35,197 bases of DNA, from positions 1 through 35,197 of the forward strand of contig CAZCRC010000002.1 of assembly GCA_964500995.1 (NCBI GenBank). The letters run 5' to 3'. The position numbers and the translations under genes are program-made. Under the pieces are notes generated by a model. The model worked only from the letters and a program-made list of their open reading frames with translations, had not been told where the DNA came from and did not search any database. Positions 9,032 to 18,080 of the stretch are shown in pieces (the stretch's first letter is position 1; every line of letters starts with the position of its first letter). The DNA is from an uncultured Actinomycetes bacterium (lineage in GTDB: Bacteria; Actinomycetota; Actinomycetes; S36-B12; GCA-2699445).

Positions 9032-9712
9032 TCAGGATTCGAACTTGTAGCCGAGCCCGCGCACCGTCAGCAGGTGCTGCGGATTCGCCGGGTCCGTTTC
9101 GATCTTGGCGCGCAGCCGCTTGACATGGACGTCCAGGGTCTTGGTGTCCCCGACGTAGTCCGAGCCCCAGACCCGGTCGATCAACTGCCCACGCGTCAGC
9201 ACGCGGCCGGCGTTGCGGAGCAGGAGCTCCAGCAGATCGAACTCCTTGAGCGGCAATGCGACTTCGGTGCCGCTCACGGCGACGACGTGCCGCTCCACAT
9301 CCATGCGCACCGGGCCCGCCTCGACGATGCTCGTCACCACATCATCGGGGTCCGGCCCGCGTCGCAGGACTGCCTTGATGCGGGCGGTGAGTTCCCGGCT
9401 GGAGAACGGTTTGGTCACGTAGTCGTCGGCACCGAGTTCCAGGCCGACGACCTTGTCGATCTCGGTGTCCTTGGCGGTGACCATGATGATCGGGACGCGT
9501 GATTTGGCCCGGATCGTCCGGCAGACGTCGGTGCCGGACATCCCGGGCAGCATGAGATCCAGCAGGATGAGGTCGGCGCCGTTGCGGTCGTACTGTTCGA
9601 TCGCTTTGAGGCCATCGGCCGCGACCTCGACGTCGTAGCCCTCCTTGCGCAGCATGAATCCGAGCGCGTCGCGGAACGACTCCTCGTCCTCGACCACCAG
9701 TACCCGCGTCAT
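9032..9712 (-). CDS. regX3: OmpR/PhoB-family response regulator RegX3
   Basis: ATG start at 9712 (MTRVLVVEDEESF...). It has a receiver domain (DLILLDLMLPGMSG, the phospho-acceptor Asp context) and a winged-helix output (LTVRGLGYKFES). It overlaps the stop of the upstream kinase gene by 4 nt (ATGA). Confidence 0.9.
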   Translation of the reverse strand: MTRVLVVEDEESFRDALGFMLRKEGYDVEVAADGLKAIEQYDRNGADLILLDLMLPGMSGTDVCRTIRAKSRVPIIMVTAKDTEIDKVVGLELGADDYVTKPFSSRELTARIKAVLRRGPDPDDVVTSIVEAGPVRMDVERHVVAVSGTEVALPLKEFDLLELLLRNAGRVLTRGQLIDRVWGSDYVGDTKTLDVHVKRLRAKIETDPANPQHLLTVRGLGYKFES

Positions 9713-10896
9713 CGTGTCTCCTCCTGCCATGCGTGGGAATCCACGTCCTCGTCGTATCGCGGCAACTGCAGCGTGAACGTCGAACCCTCGTTCTCGACCG
9801 ACCACACCAGGCAATCGCCGCCGTGGTTGCGGCATACGTTGCGGACGATCGACAGGCCCAGGCCGGTGCCCCCGGTCACCCGCGAACGGGCTTCATCGAC
9901 GCGGTAGAACCGTTCGAAGATCCGGTCCTGCTCGCTGTCGGGGATCCCCATGCCCTGGTCCTTGACGTCGATCTCGACCAGTGTCGGCGACGTGCGCACC
10001 GCGACCGCCACACGAGTGGAAGGTTCGCTGTAGGCGATCGCGTTGCTCAGCACGTTGCGCAATGCGGTCTCCAACTGGGCGACATCGCCGTACACGTAGG
10101 CACCGCGCGGGCCCCCCAGGATGACCTCGATGTCCTTGAGTTCCGCACCCCCGCGCACGAAGTCCACGGCCGACTCCACCAGGCCGTCCACGCTGACGGC
10201 CTCGGCGTGAGTCAGCGGATCGTCGCCCTGCACCCGCGACAGGTCGATGACGTCGTTGATGAGTTGTGCGAGTCGGGCGGCTTCGCTCTGCATACGGTGG
10301 GCGAAGTGCTGCACGGTGTCCGGATCGTCGCGTGCTGCGACGAGGGCTTCTGCCAACAGGCTCATCGCGCCGACCGGGGTCTTCAACTCATGGCTGACGT
10401 TGGCGATGAAGTCGCGGCGCACCGCGGCAAGCCTGTTCTCCTCGGTCAGGTCCGTCAGCAGCAGCAGCACTCGTTCGTCCGCCAGTGGGATGCCACGCAC
10501 GCGCAGGTCCACGCTGATCTTGCGCATCGGTGGGCGCCGCAGTGACACATCGGTGACCACCGTCTGCCCGTTCGCCAGGACCTTCAGCGCACAATCCCGC
10601 AGAGAATCGAATGCCAACCGATCGCGTCGCACGAGGCGCAACTCCGCAGCGTCCGGGGAGGTCCACAGCACCGTGCCGTCGTTGTCGACCACCAGCACCA
10701 GGCCGGGTAGTTCGCGCAGCAGGTCCATCACTTGGCCCGCGATGGGGGGTCGCTCGGCGATGGCATCGCCGGACTGCGCCGCCAGGTCGGGGATCGGGTC
10801 ATCCGTCTCTGGGGTCGGGTCACCCGGCTCCCGTTCGCGTCCCAGCCAGCGCACCACACCCCGACTGTACGGGTTTGTGCCCCCGCCCCCCGTCAT
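9709..10896 (-). CDS. senX3: Sensor histidine kinase SenX3-like (apparently soluble; start uncertain)
   Basis: It has an H-box (FIANVSHELKTPV), N-box (NVLSNAIAYS), and G1/G2 boxes (DQGMGIP, GGTGLGLSIV), with a PAS-like N-terminal region. I take the ATG at 10896 (MTGGGG...). In-frame GTG codons and a later ATG (MDLLREL) are alternatives. The remainder of the 739-aa ORF upstream is antisense to phoU and was rejected. Confidence 0.8.
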   Translation of the reverse strand: MTGGGGTNPYSRGVVRWLGREREPGDPTPETDDPIPDLAAQSGDAIAERPPIAGQVMDLLRELPGLVLVVDNDGTVLWTSPDAAELRLVRRDRLAFDSLRDCALKVLANGQTVVTDVSLRRPPMRKISVDLRVRGIPLADERVLLLLTDLTEENRLAAVRRDFIANVSHELKTPVGAMSLLAEALVAARDDPDTVQHFAHRMQSEAARLAQLINDVIDLSRVQGDDPLTHAEAVSVDGLVESAVDFVRGGAELKDIEVILGGPRGAYVYGDVAQLETALRNVLSNAIAYSEPSTRVAVAVRTSPTLVEIDVKDQGMGIPDSEQDRIFERFYRVDEARSRVTGGTGLGLSIVRNVCRNHGGDCLVWSVENEGSTFTLQLPRYDEDVDSHAWQEETR

Positions 10897-11013
10897 CCGA
10901 CGGAGCGCTCCACGGGGAGTTCGGCGGATGGTCGGCGCCCGCTCAACAGGAGTTCGTCCGGTGGCCACCGGTTGTTCACACCCGCGTTGGCACGGCGATG
11001 CGGCTGCCGTCCG

Positions 11014-11019
11014 TAGAAT
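11014..11019 (+). promoter_or_regulatory. Candidate -10 hexamer (TAGAAT) for phoU
   Basis: TAGAAT lies 28 nt upstream of the phoU ATG and about 16 nt upstream of its GGGAGG Shine-Dalgarno. No convincing -35 is found at 17 bp. Confidence 0.3.
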
Positions 11020-11046
11020 GGCAACCCTATGCACCGGGAGGTGGGT

Positions 11047-11736
11047 ATGCGCGAGCTCTACCACGAGCAGCTGGATTCCGTGACGGACGAACTCGTCCAG
11101 ATGACCCGCCTGGTCGGTTCCGCGATCAACCGTGCGACGCAGGCGTTGCTGGACGCGGACCTGCAACTCGCGGAGTCCGTGATCGAGGGGGACGAGGCGG
11201 TCGACGCCCTGGCTGCCGAGATCGATGACCAGTGTTTCGAGATCGCGGCTCGACAAGCCCCCGTCGCCACCGACCTGCGAATCGTCATGAGTGGCATCCG
11301 CATGTCGATGTCCGTGGAGCGGATGGGCGACCTCGCCAAACACGTGGCCAAACAGACCCGGCTGAGGTACCCGAAATCCAGCATCCCCCCGGAACTGCGT
11401 GGGACGTTCGCGCAGATGGGCGGACTTGCCGAGGCCATCTGCAGCAAGACGGGCATGGTGATCCTGTCCAAGGATGTGAGCCACGTCAGCGCCGTGGAGT
11501 CCTACGACGATCAGATGGATCGACTGCATCGGGAGCTGTTCACGATCGTGATGGCACCGGACTGGCCCCACGGCGTGGAAGAGGCCATCGACGTCACCCT
11601 GCTGTCCCGCTACTACGAGCGCTTCGCTGACCATGCCGTCACTGTCAGCATGCGCATGATCCACATCGTCACGGGCAAGAGTTACGCCGAAGTCAGCGTC
11701 GATCCCATGACGGCTATCTCCGAGGTCACCAACTGA
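11047..11736 (+). CDS. phoU: Phosphate signalling complex protein PhoU
   Basis: The ATG at 11047 (MRELYHEQL...) follows GGGAGG. It has two PhoU repeats ([19 protein letters not shown] and the ERFADHA-type E/DxxxD motifs). It is divergent from senX3-regX3. Confidence 0.9.
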   Translation: MRELYHEQLDSVTDELVQMTRLVGSAINRATQALLDADLQLAESVIEGDEAVDALAAEIDDQCFEIAARQAPVATDLRIVMSGIRMSMSVERMGDLAKHVAKQTRLRYPKSSIPPELRGTFAQMGGLAEAICSKTGMVILSKDVSHVSAVESYDDQMDRLHRELFTIVMAPDWPHGVEEAIDVTLLSRYYERFADHAVTVSMRMIHIVTGKSYAEVSVDPMTAISEVTN

Positions 11737-11827
11737 GCCTGCGGTTTGCCCCGCCGCTGCGTCGGGAATGACTCCCCGTGGCCGGGCGTTTGTGCCCTGG
11801 CACAGTCGTCGACGAAAGGGTTGCGTG

Positions 11828-13117
11828 ATGTCCCTGCCGCGGATCCACCCTGCCCACCTGCGGGTGGCGATGATCAGCATGCATACGTCGCCGTTGGACC
11901 AACCGGGCACCGGCGACGCCGGTGGCATGAACGTCTATATCGCCCAGACCGCCAAACTCATCGCCGATTCCGGTGCCGAGGTCGACGTCTTCACGCGGGC
12001 GACGTCCTCGCGACAGCCCGAGACCGAGCAGATGGCACCGGGTGTCACCGTGCACAACCTGGCCGCCGGTCCGTTCGAAGGCCTTCGCAAAGAGGACCTG
12101 CCGGGTCAGGTCTGCCCGTTCACGGCTGAGCTGATGCGCATCCACATGTCGCGGCCCGAGCACTACTACGACGTCGTCCACAGTCACTACTGGTTGTCCG
12201 GACAGGCGGGCTGGTTGGCTGCGCAGCGCTGGAACGTGCCGCTGGTTCATTCGATGCACACGATGGCCAAGGTCAAGAACTCCCACCTCGCGCTGCACGA
12301 TCGACCCGAACCCCTGATCCGGGTGGTGGGCGAAGAGCAGATCGTGTCGGCGGCCGACCGGCTCATCGCCAACACCGCCGATGAACGATTCGACCTGATG
12401 CACCACTATGACGCCGCAGCGGAGGATGTCCGCGTGGTCCATCCCGGCGTCGATCTGGCGACCTTCCGGCCCGTGGACCGGACGGGGGCACGGCGCCGAG
12501 CGGGCCTGCCCACCGACAAACAGATCGTCCTGTTCGTGGGTCGGATCCAGCCACTCAAGGCCCCTGACCTGCTGCTGCGGGCGGTGTCGGACCTGGTCTC
12601 TCGCGAGCCGCAGCGACGCGACGACCTGCGGCTCGTGATCTGTGGTGGTCTGTCCGGATCCGGTATGGCCCACCCTGACGAACTCGTGGACCTGGCCGCC
12701 GCCGGCGGCATCAGCGACCTGGTCACGTTCCTGCCGCCCGTCCCTCCTGCGGAACTCGCGGATCTGTACGCCGCCGCCGACCTCGTGGCCGTTCCGTCGC
12801 ACTCGGAGTCCTTCGGTCTGGTGGCCCTCGAAGCCCAGGCCAGCGGAACCCCGGTGGTGGCAGCCGCAGTGGGTGGATTGCGGACGGCTGTGGCTGACGG
12901 CGCCAGTGGGGTGCTCGTGGACGGCCACGACCCGCGCCGTTGGGCCGACGTGCTGGCTGGGCTCCTCGACTCCCCCCAGTGGCGGACGTCGCTGGCGCAG
13001 GGTGCTCGTCAGCACGCCGAGAAGTTCAGCTGGGCCGCCACAGCCGCAGGTACGCTCTCGGTCTACGACGAGGCGATCGCCCGGTCCCGCCCGCGGGTCC
13101 TGCAGGCCGCCAACTGA
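11828..13117 (+). CDS. mshA: D-inositol-3-phosphate glycosyltransferase MshA (mycothiol biosynthesis)
   Basis: ATG start at 11828. It has the motif [19 protein letters not shown], characteristic of MshA, and a GT4 C-terminal EX7E region ([23 protein letters not shown]). The start could be a few codons different. Confidence 0.9.
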   Translation: MSLPRIHPAHLRVAMISMHTSPLDQPGTGDAGGMNVYIAQTAKLIADSGAEVDVFTRATSSRQPETEQMAPGVTVHNLAAGPFEGLRKEDLPGQVCPFTAELMRIHMSRPEHYYDVVHSHYWLSGQAGWLAAQRWNVPLVHSMHTMAKVKNSHLALHDRPEPLIRVVGEEQIVSAADRLIANTADERFDLMHHYDAAAEDVRVVHPGVDLATFRPVDRTGARRRAGLPTDKQIVLFVGRIQPLKAPDLLLRAVSDLVSREPQRRDDLRLVICGGLSGSGMAHPDELVDLAAAGGISDLVTFLPPVPPAELADLYAAADLVAVPSHSESFGLVALEAQASGTPVVAAAVGGLRTAVADGASGVLVDGHDPRRWADVLAGLLDSPQWRTSLAQGARQHAEKFSWAATAAGTLSVYDEAIARSRPRVLQAAN

Positions 13118-13128
13118 CCGGAGGAACC

Positions 13129-13632
13129 GTGAGCACTCCCGCCGCCGACGTGGTCCGCGAGTACCTGGCCGCGGGGGAGTTCGAGGTCGATGAATCCGCA
13201 CCCGGGACGTTCGTCGTGCAGTTACCGGGCGAGAAGAAGTTGCGCACCACGGTGGCGCTGGTGGTCGGCGCCCACTCGGTGAGTGTCAACGCGTTCGTGG
13301 CCCGGCATCCGGACGAGAACTTCGCCGAGGTCTACCGCTGGCTGCTGGAGCGCAACGCTCGCATGTTCGGGGTGGCGTACAGCGTGGATCACCTGGGGGA
13401 CATCTACCTGGTGGGCCGGATCCCGTTGGAGTGCGTGAGCGGCGAGGTGATCGACCAGGTGCTCGGTCAGGTACTGCTCCACGCTGACGGCGATTTCAAC
13501 GTCATTCTCGAGAAGGGGTTCGCGAGCGCCATCACGGCCGAATGGAAGTGGCGCCTGGCGCGAGGTGAACCCACCCGGAACCTGGCGGCCTTCGCTCACC
13601 TGGCCCCCGATGGGGCAGAATCCGACTCATGA
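13129..13632 (+). CDS. YbjN domain-containing protein (conserved partner downstream of mshA)
   Basis: The GTG at 13129 is preceded by GGAGGA. It is 167 aa, with a sequence pattern ([15 protein letters not shown]..., [19 protein letters not shown]) like the YbjN/T3SS-chaperone-like family found between mshA and gpm in mycobacteria. Confidence 0.7.
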   Translation: MSTPAADVVREYLAAGEFEVDESAPGTFVVQLPGEKKLRTTVALVVGAHSVSVNAFVARHPDENFAEVYRWLLERNARMFGVAYSVDHLGDIYLVGRIPLECVSGEVIDQVLGQVLLHADGDFNVILEKGFASAITAEWKWRLARGEPTRNLAAFAHLAPDGAESDS

Positions 13633-14384
13633 GTTCACCCATGACAGTGATTCTGCTGCGGCACGGCCAAAGCGACTGGAACGCCAAGAACCTCTTCACC
13701 GGCTGGGTTGACGTCGACCTGACCGAGCAGGGCGCGGCCGAGGCTGAACGGGGCGGGCGCATGTTGGCCGACCAGGACCTGTTGCCCGACGTGGTGCACA
13801 CGTCGCTGCTCCGGCGCGCGATCCGGACATCGGAGATCGCGCTGCACGCCGCCGAACGGCCCTGGATCCCGGTGCGCCGGCACTGGCGCCTGAACGAGCG
13901 CCACTACGGGGCCCTGCAAGGCAAGAACAAAGCCGAGACGTTGGCCGAGTTCGGCGAGGAGCAGTTCATGCTCTGGCGGCGGGCCTACGACACCCCGCCC
14001 CCGCCCATCGACCCCGACAACGAATGGGCCCAGACCTACGATCCGCGTTACGCGCAGCTCGCTCCCGAGCAGATGCCGGCCGCGGAGTGCCTCAAGGACG
14101 TCGTCGACCGCATGCTGCCGTACTGGTACGACGCGATCGTTCCGGACCTGCGCGATGGCCGGACCGTTCTGGTGACCGCCCACGGCAACTCACTGCGGGC
14201 CTTGGTCAAGCACCTCGACGGGATCAGCGACGACGACATCGTGGGACTGAACATTCCTACGGGGATCCCGCTCGTCTACCGCTTGGACGACGACCTGCGT
14301 CCGCTGACCCCAGGTGGTGAGTATCTGGATCCCGCCGCCGCAGCCGAGGCGGCGGCAGCGGTGGCGGCCCAAGGCAAGGCGTGA
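13629..14384 (+). CDS. gpmA: 2,3-bisphosphoglycerate-dependent phosphoglycerate mutase
   Basis: It has the [10 protein letters not shown] catalytic His motif, RHYGALQG, and AHGNSLRAL. The ATG at 13629 overlaps the upstream stop (ATGA). An ATG at 13641 is an alternative. Confidence 0.93.
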   Translation: MSSPMTVILLRHGQSDWNAKNLFTGWVDVDLTEQGAAEAERGGRMLADQDLLPDVVHTSLLRRAIRTSEIALHAAERPWIPVRRHWRLNERHYGALQGKNKAETLAEFGEEQFMLWRRAYDTPPPPIDPDNEWAQTYDPRYAQLAPEQMPAAECLKDVVDRMLPYWYDAIVPDLRDGRTVLVTAHGNSLRALVKHLDGISDDDIVGLNIPTGIPLVYRLDDDLRPLTPGGEYLDPAAAAEAAAAVAAQGKA

Positions 14385-15268
14385 CCGACGACCTCGGGGG
14401 ACGCCTTGCTGCGCTGCACGACCGGCTCGTCGAGTTGCGCTCCGTGGTGGTCGCCTTCAGCGGTGGGGCGGACTCCGCCTTTCTGCTGGCTGCCGCGGTG
14501 CGCTCCCTCGGGTCGCAGTCCGTGCTCGCCGCCACGTCCACCAGTGCCTCGCTCGCCGACGGGGAGTGGGCCGCAGCCCACCGGTTCGCGACGGGACTCG
14601 GGGTGGCACACGTTGCCGTCGCCACCGATGAACTGCAGCGCGACGGGTACCGACGCAACGGGCCCGACCGGTGCTACCACTGCAAATCGGCCCTCGGTGA
14701 TGAGTTGAGTTCCTTGGCGCAACAGCGGGGGATCGCGCATGTGGCCACCGGCACCAACGCTGATGACTTGGCCGAACCGCACCGACCTGGGCTGCGGGCC
14801 GCGGCCGAACGGGATGTTGTGACCCCGTTGGCCGATGTCGGACTGAGCAAAGCCCACATCCGCGAGGCATCCCGCCGATGGGGTCTGCCCACCTGGGACA
14901 AGCCGCAGGCGGCGTGCCTGGCCAGTCGGGTCGCCTACGGCATCGAGGTGGATCCGGAGCGACTGGCGCGCATCGATCGCGCCGAGGCTGCCGTCAGGGC
15001 GGAACTGGCGCGCGTCGGGATCCCGGTACGCAATGTCCGGGTCCGTGACTTGGGCGATCGTGCCAGCATCGAGATCGACTCCGAGTGGGTCGCCGCTGCG
15101 ACCAGCGGGTGTGACCTGACTGCGGTGGTGGCGGCGACGGGATTCCCCACCGCCACAGTGGATCGGCGCGGTTTCCGCACCGGAGCGCTGAACGAACGGC
15201 TCGCTCCCGCCGAACTCGTCCCAGGGCAACTGAACCGAAGTTCGTGGGATCTCCCCCTGGTGGACTAG
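14381..15268 (+). CDS. larE: PP-loop ATP pyrophosphatase, LarE-like sulfur transferase (TIGR00268 family)
   Basis: The GTG at 14381 overlaps the gpmA stop (GTGA). It has a PP-loop SGGADS ([13 protein letters not shown]), a Cys pair CYHC, and the LarE-type ACLASR Cys. Confidence 0.75.
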   Translation: MTDDLGGRLAALHDRLVELRSVVVAFSGGADSAFLLAAAVRSLGSQSVLAATSTSASLADGEWAAAHRFATGLGVAHVAVATDELQRDGYRRNGPDRCYHCKSALGDELSSLAQQRGIAHVATGTNADDLAEPHRPGLRAAAERDVVTPLADVGLSKAHIREASRRWGLPTWDKPQAACLASRVAYGIEVDPERLARIDRAEAAVRAELARVGIPVRNVRVRDLGDRASIEIDSEWVAAATSGCDLTAVVAATGFPTATVDRRGFRTGALNERLAPAELVPGQLNRSSWDLPLVD

Positions 15269-15318
15269 CCTGGGCCGTCAGTGATGGGCGCGCCGTCACA
15301 TCGATCGAGGAGTACATC

Positions 15319-15702
15319 GTGCCGACCGGGCGGGTCAGATTCTTCAACGCCGAGAAGGGCTTCGGTTTCCTCACGACGGAGGACGGCGAGGACGTCTTCG
15401 TGCACGTCTCTGCGCTGCCCGCCGGTGTCACCCAGTTGCGCCAGGGAACCCGAGTCGATTTCAGCGTCGCCGAAGGACGCAAAGGCAAGCAGGCGCTGTC
15501 CGTCGAGATCCTGGAGACGCCCCCGTCTGTGGTCAAGGCGGGTCGGCGCCCGGCCGAGGAACTCGCGGTGATCCTGGAGGACGTCATCAAGTCCCTGGAC
15601 GCGGTCTCCAACCAGCTCCGTAAGGGCCGCTACCCCGACGACGCCAAGGCGGCCCGCACGGCTCAGGTGCTGCGCGCTGTCGCCGACGATCTGGACGTCT
15701 GA
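15319..15702 (+). CDS. Cold-shock domain protein with C-terminal extension
   Basis: The GTG at 15319 follows GAGGAG. It has RNP-1 (KGFGFL) and RNP-2-like (VFVHV) motifs, plus a helical tail of about 60 aa. 127 aa in total. Confidence 0.85.
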   Translation: MPTGRVRFFNAEKGFGFLTTEDGEDVFVHVSALPAGVTQLRQGTRVDFSVAEGRKGKQALSVEILETPPSVVKAGRRPAEELAVILEDVIKSLDAVSNQLRKGRYPDDAKAARTAQVLRAVADDLDV

Positions 15703-15715
15703 CTGGGGGAACTGG

Positions 15716-16171
15716 TCAGCTCAGGCCCGGCTGCAGAGCCACGATCCACACACCACGGATCTTGGTGTTCTGGCCCGACACGATCTGCAGTGGCAGCGTC
15801 TGGGTTCCCACCTGCAGCGGCAGGGTGAAGCGGAAGTACGTGGTGGTCAGCGGGGTCTGCGACAACTGCTGCCCCCCGATCACGATGTTCCACCCGGATT
15901 CGGCGACGACCGGATCGACGCTGATGCCCACGGTGTTGCCAGCCGACACCGGCAGTTGCTCGACACCGTCCGTCGTCTCGCCGTTCAGGATCTCGGCAGC
16001 ACATTCGCCGGGGGACAACTGGTCGGACGTGAACGCCCAACACTGCGCCTCGGTCGTGACACTGCGGGGGCCGCTGAAGACCGTCACCCCGGGTGCGGGC
16101 TTCTCGCAGGCGGTCAGGGTCAGTGAGGCAGCCGCCAAGGCGGTGATACCGAGAGCGTGAGCGCGGCGCAT
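15716..16171 (-). CDS. Putative lipoprotein (DUF2771-like, family assignment tentative)
   Basis: It has a signal peptide with lipobox LTAC (MRRAHALGITALAAASLTLTACE). 151 aa, with two further Cys. Confidence 0.65.
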   Translation of the reverse strand: MRRAHALGITALAAASLTLTACEKPAPGVTVFSGPRSVTTEAQCWAFTSDQLSPGECAAEILNGETTDGVEQLPVSAGNTVGISVDPVVAESGWNIVIGGQQLSQTPLTTTYFRFTLPLQVGTQTLPLQIVSGQNTKIRGVWIVALQPGLS

Positions 16172-16223
16172 GACCCTCCAACAATGGTGTGCGGGGACAG
16201 CCTATCGGCGAGGCGGGGGTGGG

Positions 16224-17030
16224 TCAGGAGTGGCCCATGTCCAAGTCGTCGACGATGTGATCATCCACCACGGAACGCGCGGACTCGGCGCGCACGATGA
16301 CCGGCGCTGCCTCGGAATGCCCACCACAGCCGTGGTCGAACGCCACGACGCGTCCATCGGAGGGGGAGAGCATGTTGGTGCAGATGCCGAACATCTGGCC
16401 CAGTGGTCCGCCGATCGTGAGCAGCCACCCGCACGACACGCACGGACCAGGAGCGGCTTTGGCCAGGGGGCTGCGGGGGCCGTGTTCGCCGGCGTACCAG
16501 CGCGACGCCGCGGACTCCCGGCCGAAGGGGGACGGCACCCGCTGCCGTCCCAGCCCCGGTTCCCAGTTGACGGGATGAAGCGGTCCTGGATCGAGCTCGG
16601 AGGCAAGGTCGTCGTCGCCGCTCCACCCGGGGGCGAGGCGGGCCTCGTCGGCAGGAGTCGGAACCACGGTTCCGGGGGTGAGATCGCCGGGGCGCAACCG
16701 GTCGGACCACGGCACCCACGGCTGCGGCACGAGCGACTCCGGTCCGGTCGCCAGGGTCACCTCGTTGATAGTGACGCTGCGCGAACGCTTCGGGCGGGTC
16801 ACGCTGACCCACCATTCCCAGCCCGGGTAGCCCGGCAGGGTGCAGGCGAACCGGTGCGTCACGACCCGCTCGTCGTCGGCGCGGATGCCCAAGTGGCCCC
16901 CGACTGCCTCCGGGCCGTGGTCGGCCAGTGCAGCCTTCCAGGCGTCGTCGATGGCGGCGGCGCAGATGGGGTCGGGCGTCAACGTGTCAGCGGCCCGGAC
17001 GATCACGGTCATGCTGGCAGTGTCCCCCAT
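16224..17030 (-). CDS. DUF3027 domain-containing protein (Cys/His-rich C-terminus)
   Basis: The C-terminal motif CVSCGW...FGICTN...DGRVVAFDHGCGGHSE is typical of DUF3027. The ATG at 17030 shares 1 nt with the upstream stop (TGATG). An ATG at 17012 is an alternative. Confidence 0.7.
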   Translation of the reverse strand: MGDTASMTVIVRAADTLTPDPICAAAIDDAWKAALADHGPEAVGGHLGIRADDERVVTHRFACTLPGYPGWEWWVSVTRPKRSRSVTINEVTLATGPESLVPQPWVPWSDRLRPGDLTPGTVVPTPADEARLAPGWSGDDDLASELDPGPLHPVNWEPGLGRQRVPSPFGRESAASRWYAGEHGPRSPLAKAAPGPCVSCGWLLTIGGPLGQMFGICTNMLSPSDGRVVAFDHGCGGHSEAAPVIVRAESARSVVDDHIVDDLDMGHS

Positions 17031-17299
17031 CACGACAGGCTCAGGAACAACTTCTCGAGTTGCTCGGGGCTCATCGGGGGTTCCTCGCCGCGGGCGTTGG
17101 CAGCGGCGCATTGCTGGAGGCCGTCGCTGATCACCTTCAGGCCGGCACGGTCCAAGGCGCGGCTGGCTGCTGCCATCTGGGTCACGACGTCGGTGCAATC
17201 GCGGCCCTCGTCGATCATCGAGATGATTCCCGCCACCTGACCTTGGATGCGCTTGAGCCGATTCGTGACCTCGGTGCGGCAGGTGTCATCGAGTTGCAT
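17030..17299 (-). CDS. CsoR/RcnR (DUF156) family metal/stress-sensing repressor, atypical ligand set
   Basis: The ATG at 17299 (MQLDDTC...) is preceded by GGAGAGG. 89 aa. The motif RLKRIQGQVAGIISMI...DCTDVVTQ...DGLQQC aligns without gaps to CsoR, but Gly replaces the Cu-ligand His. Confidence 0.8.
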   Translation of the reverse strand: MQLDDTCRTEVTNRLKRIQGQVAGIISMIDEGRDCTDVVTQMAAASRALDRAGLKVISDGLQQCAAANARGEEPPMSPEQLEKLFLSLS

Positions 17300-18008
17300 G
17301 TGTGTCCTCTCCTTGTGGCTCGCGGCTGGGGGACACCCACACATGAGCTGCGGTGGCTTCGCTGACCTCGGTGTATTCGCCGCCGCTGCCGACCAGGATG
17401 CGGTCGTCGCTGCGCCGGCACTTGACCACGGCGCCCACGGTGACACCCGCTCGGCGGAACGAGGTGAGTGCGCCGTCATCTGCCTGGGCCGTTTCCTCGA
17501 TCCGTCGCACCACGACGTATCCCACGTTGTCGTCAGCTGCGGCGAGCAGACTCAGGGGGGCGCTTTGCGCGTCGGGACTCACGAAACCGGGGTCCAGTTC
17601 GTCGAGCGCGGGGATGGGGTTGCCGAAGGGAGACATGGTCGGGTGGCCCAGCAGATCGAGCAGGTGCCGCTCGACGTCATCGCTCATGACGTGTTCCCAC
17701 CGGCACGCCTCGGCATGAACCTGATCCCAGTCGATCTTGATGACGTCGACGAGCATGCACTCGGCGAGGCGGTGCTTGCGCATCACCCGCGCTGCCATCG
17801 CCCGCCCCATGGGACTGAGCTCGATCACGCGCTGCGGCCCCACGCGTAGCAGGCCGTCGCGTTCCATCCGCGCCACCGTCTGGGACACGGTCGGCCCGCT
17901 CTGCTCCAGGCGCTCGGCGATGCGAGCGCGCAGCGGCGGGGTGCCCTCTTCTTCGAGTTCGAAGACCGTGCGCAGGTACATCTCGGTGGTGTCGATGAGG
18001 TCGCCCAC
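17286..18008 (-). CDS. ideR: Iron-dependent repressor IdeR/DtxR family
   Basis: The GTG at 18008 is preceded by AGGAGG. It begins (V)GDLIDTTEMYLRTVFELEEEGTPPLRARIAERLEQSGPTVSQTVARMERDGLL. Metal ligands are conserved (M10, H79, E83, H98, C102, E105, H106 equivalents, as in HRLAE...VHAEACRWEH), and it has an SH3-like C-domain. Confidence 0.9.
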   Translation of the reverse strand: MGDLIDTTEMYLRTVFELEEEGTPPLRARIAERLEQSGPTVSQTVARMERDGLLRVGPQRVIELSPMGRAMAARVMRKHRLAECMLVDVIKIDWDQVHAEACRWEHVMSDDVERHLLDLLGHPTMSPFGNPIPALDELDPGFVSPDAQSAPLSLLAAADDNVGYVVVRRIEETAQADDGALTSFRRAGVTVGAVVKCRRSDDRILVGSGGEYTEVSEATAAHVWVSPSREPQGEDTHATR

Positions 18009-18080
18009 CTGGTCCTCCTGCCTCGTTCCGGGTGAACCCCGTAATGCCATTGTGGCCCACTCAACGCACCAGCGGGGCAC

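Noticed and set aside
9709-9712. MIRU-type intergenic repeats between senX3 and regX3, as known from M. tuberculosis.
   Set aside because: Here the two genes overlap by 4 nt (ATGA), so there is no intergenic space and no repeat.
10897-11928. Upstream 340+ codons of the 739-aa minus-strand ORF 9709..11928, which would give a giant SenX3.
   Set aside because: This part is Arg/Gly/His-rich with no domain-like sequence. It is exactly antisense to the well-supported phoU gene and the mshA 5' end. The kinase domains only begin after about 10896. This is a typical stop-free antisense frame in high-GC DNA.
11726-13201. A 491-aa minus-strand ORF covering the whole mshA locus.
   Set aside because: It is antisense to a gene with unmistakable MshA motifs. 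The product is Arg/Gly/Pro/His-rich low-complexity sequence with no recognisable motif. It is a high-GC artefact.
14276-17240. Long ORFs 14276..15229 (-), 14994..15611 (-) and 16170..17240 (+) overlapping larE, csp and DUF3027.
   Set aside because: Each is antisense or out of frame to a CDS with clear family motifs. Their compositions are Arg/Pro/Gly-dominated, and I found no SD-supported starts.
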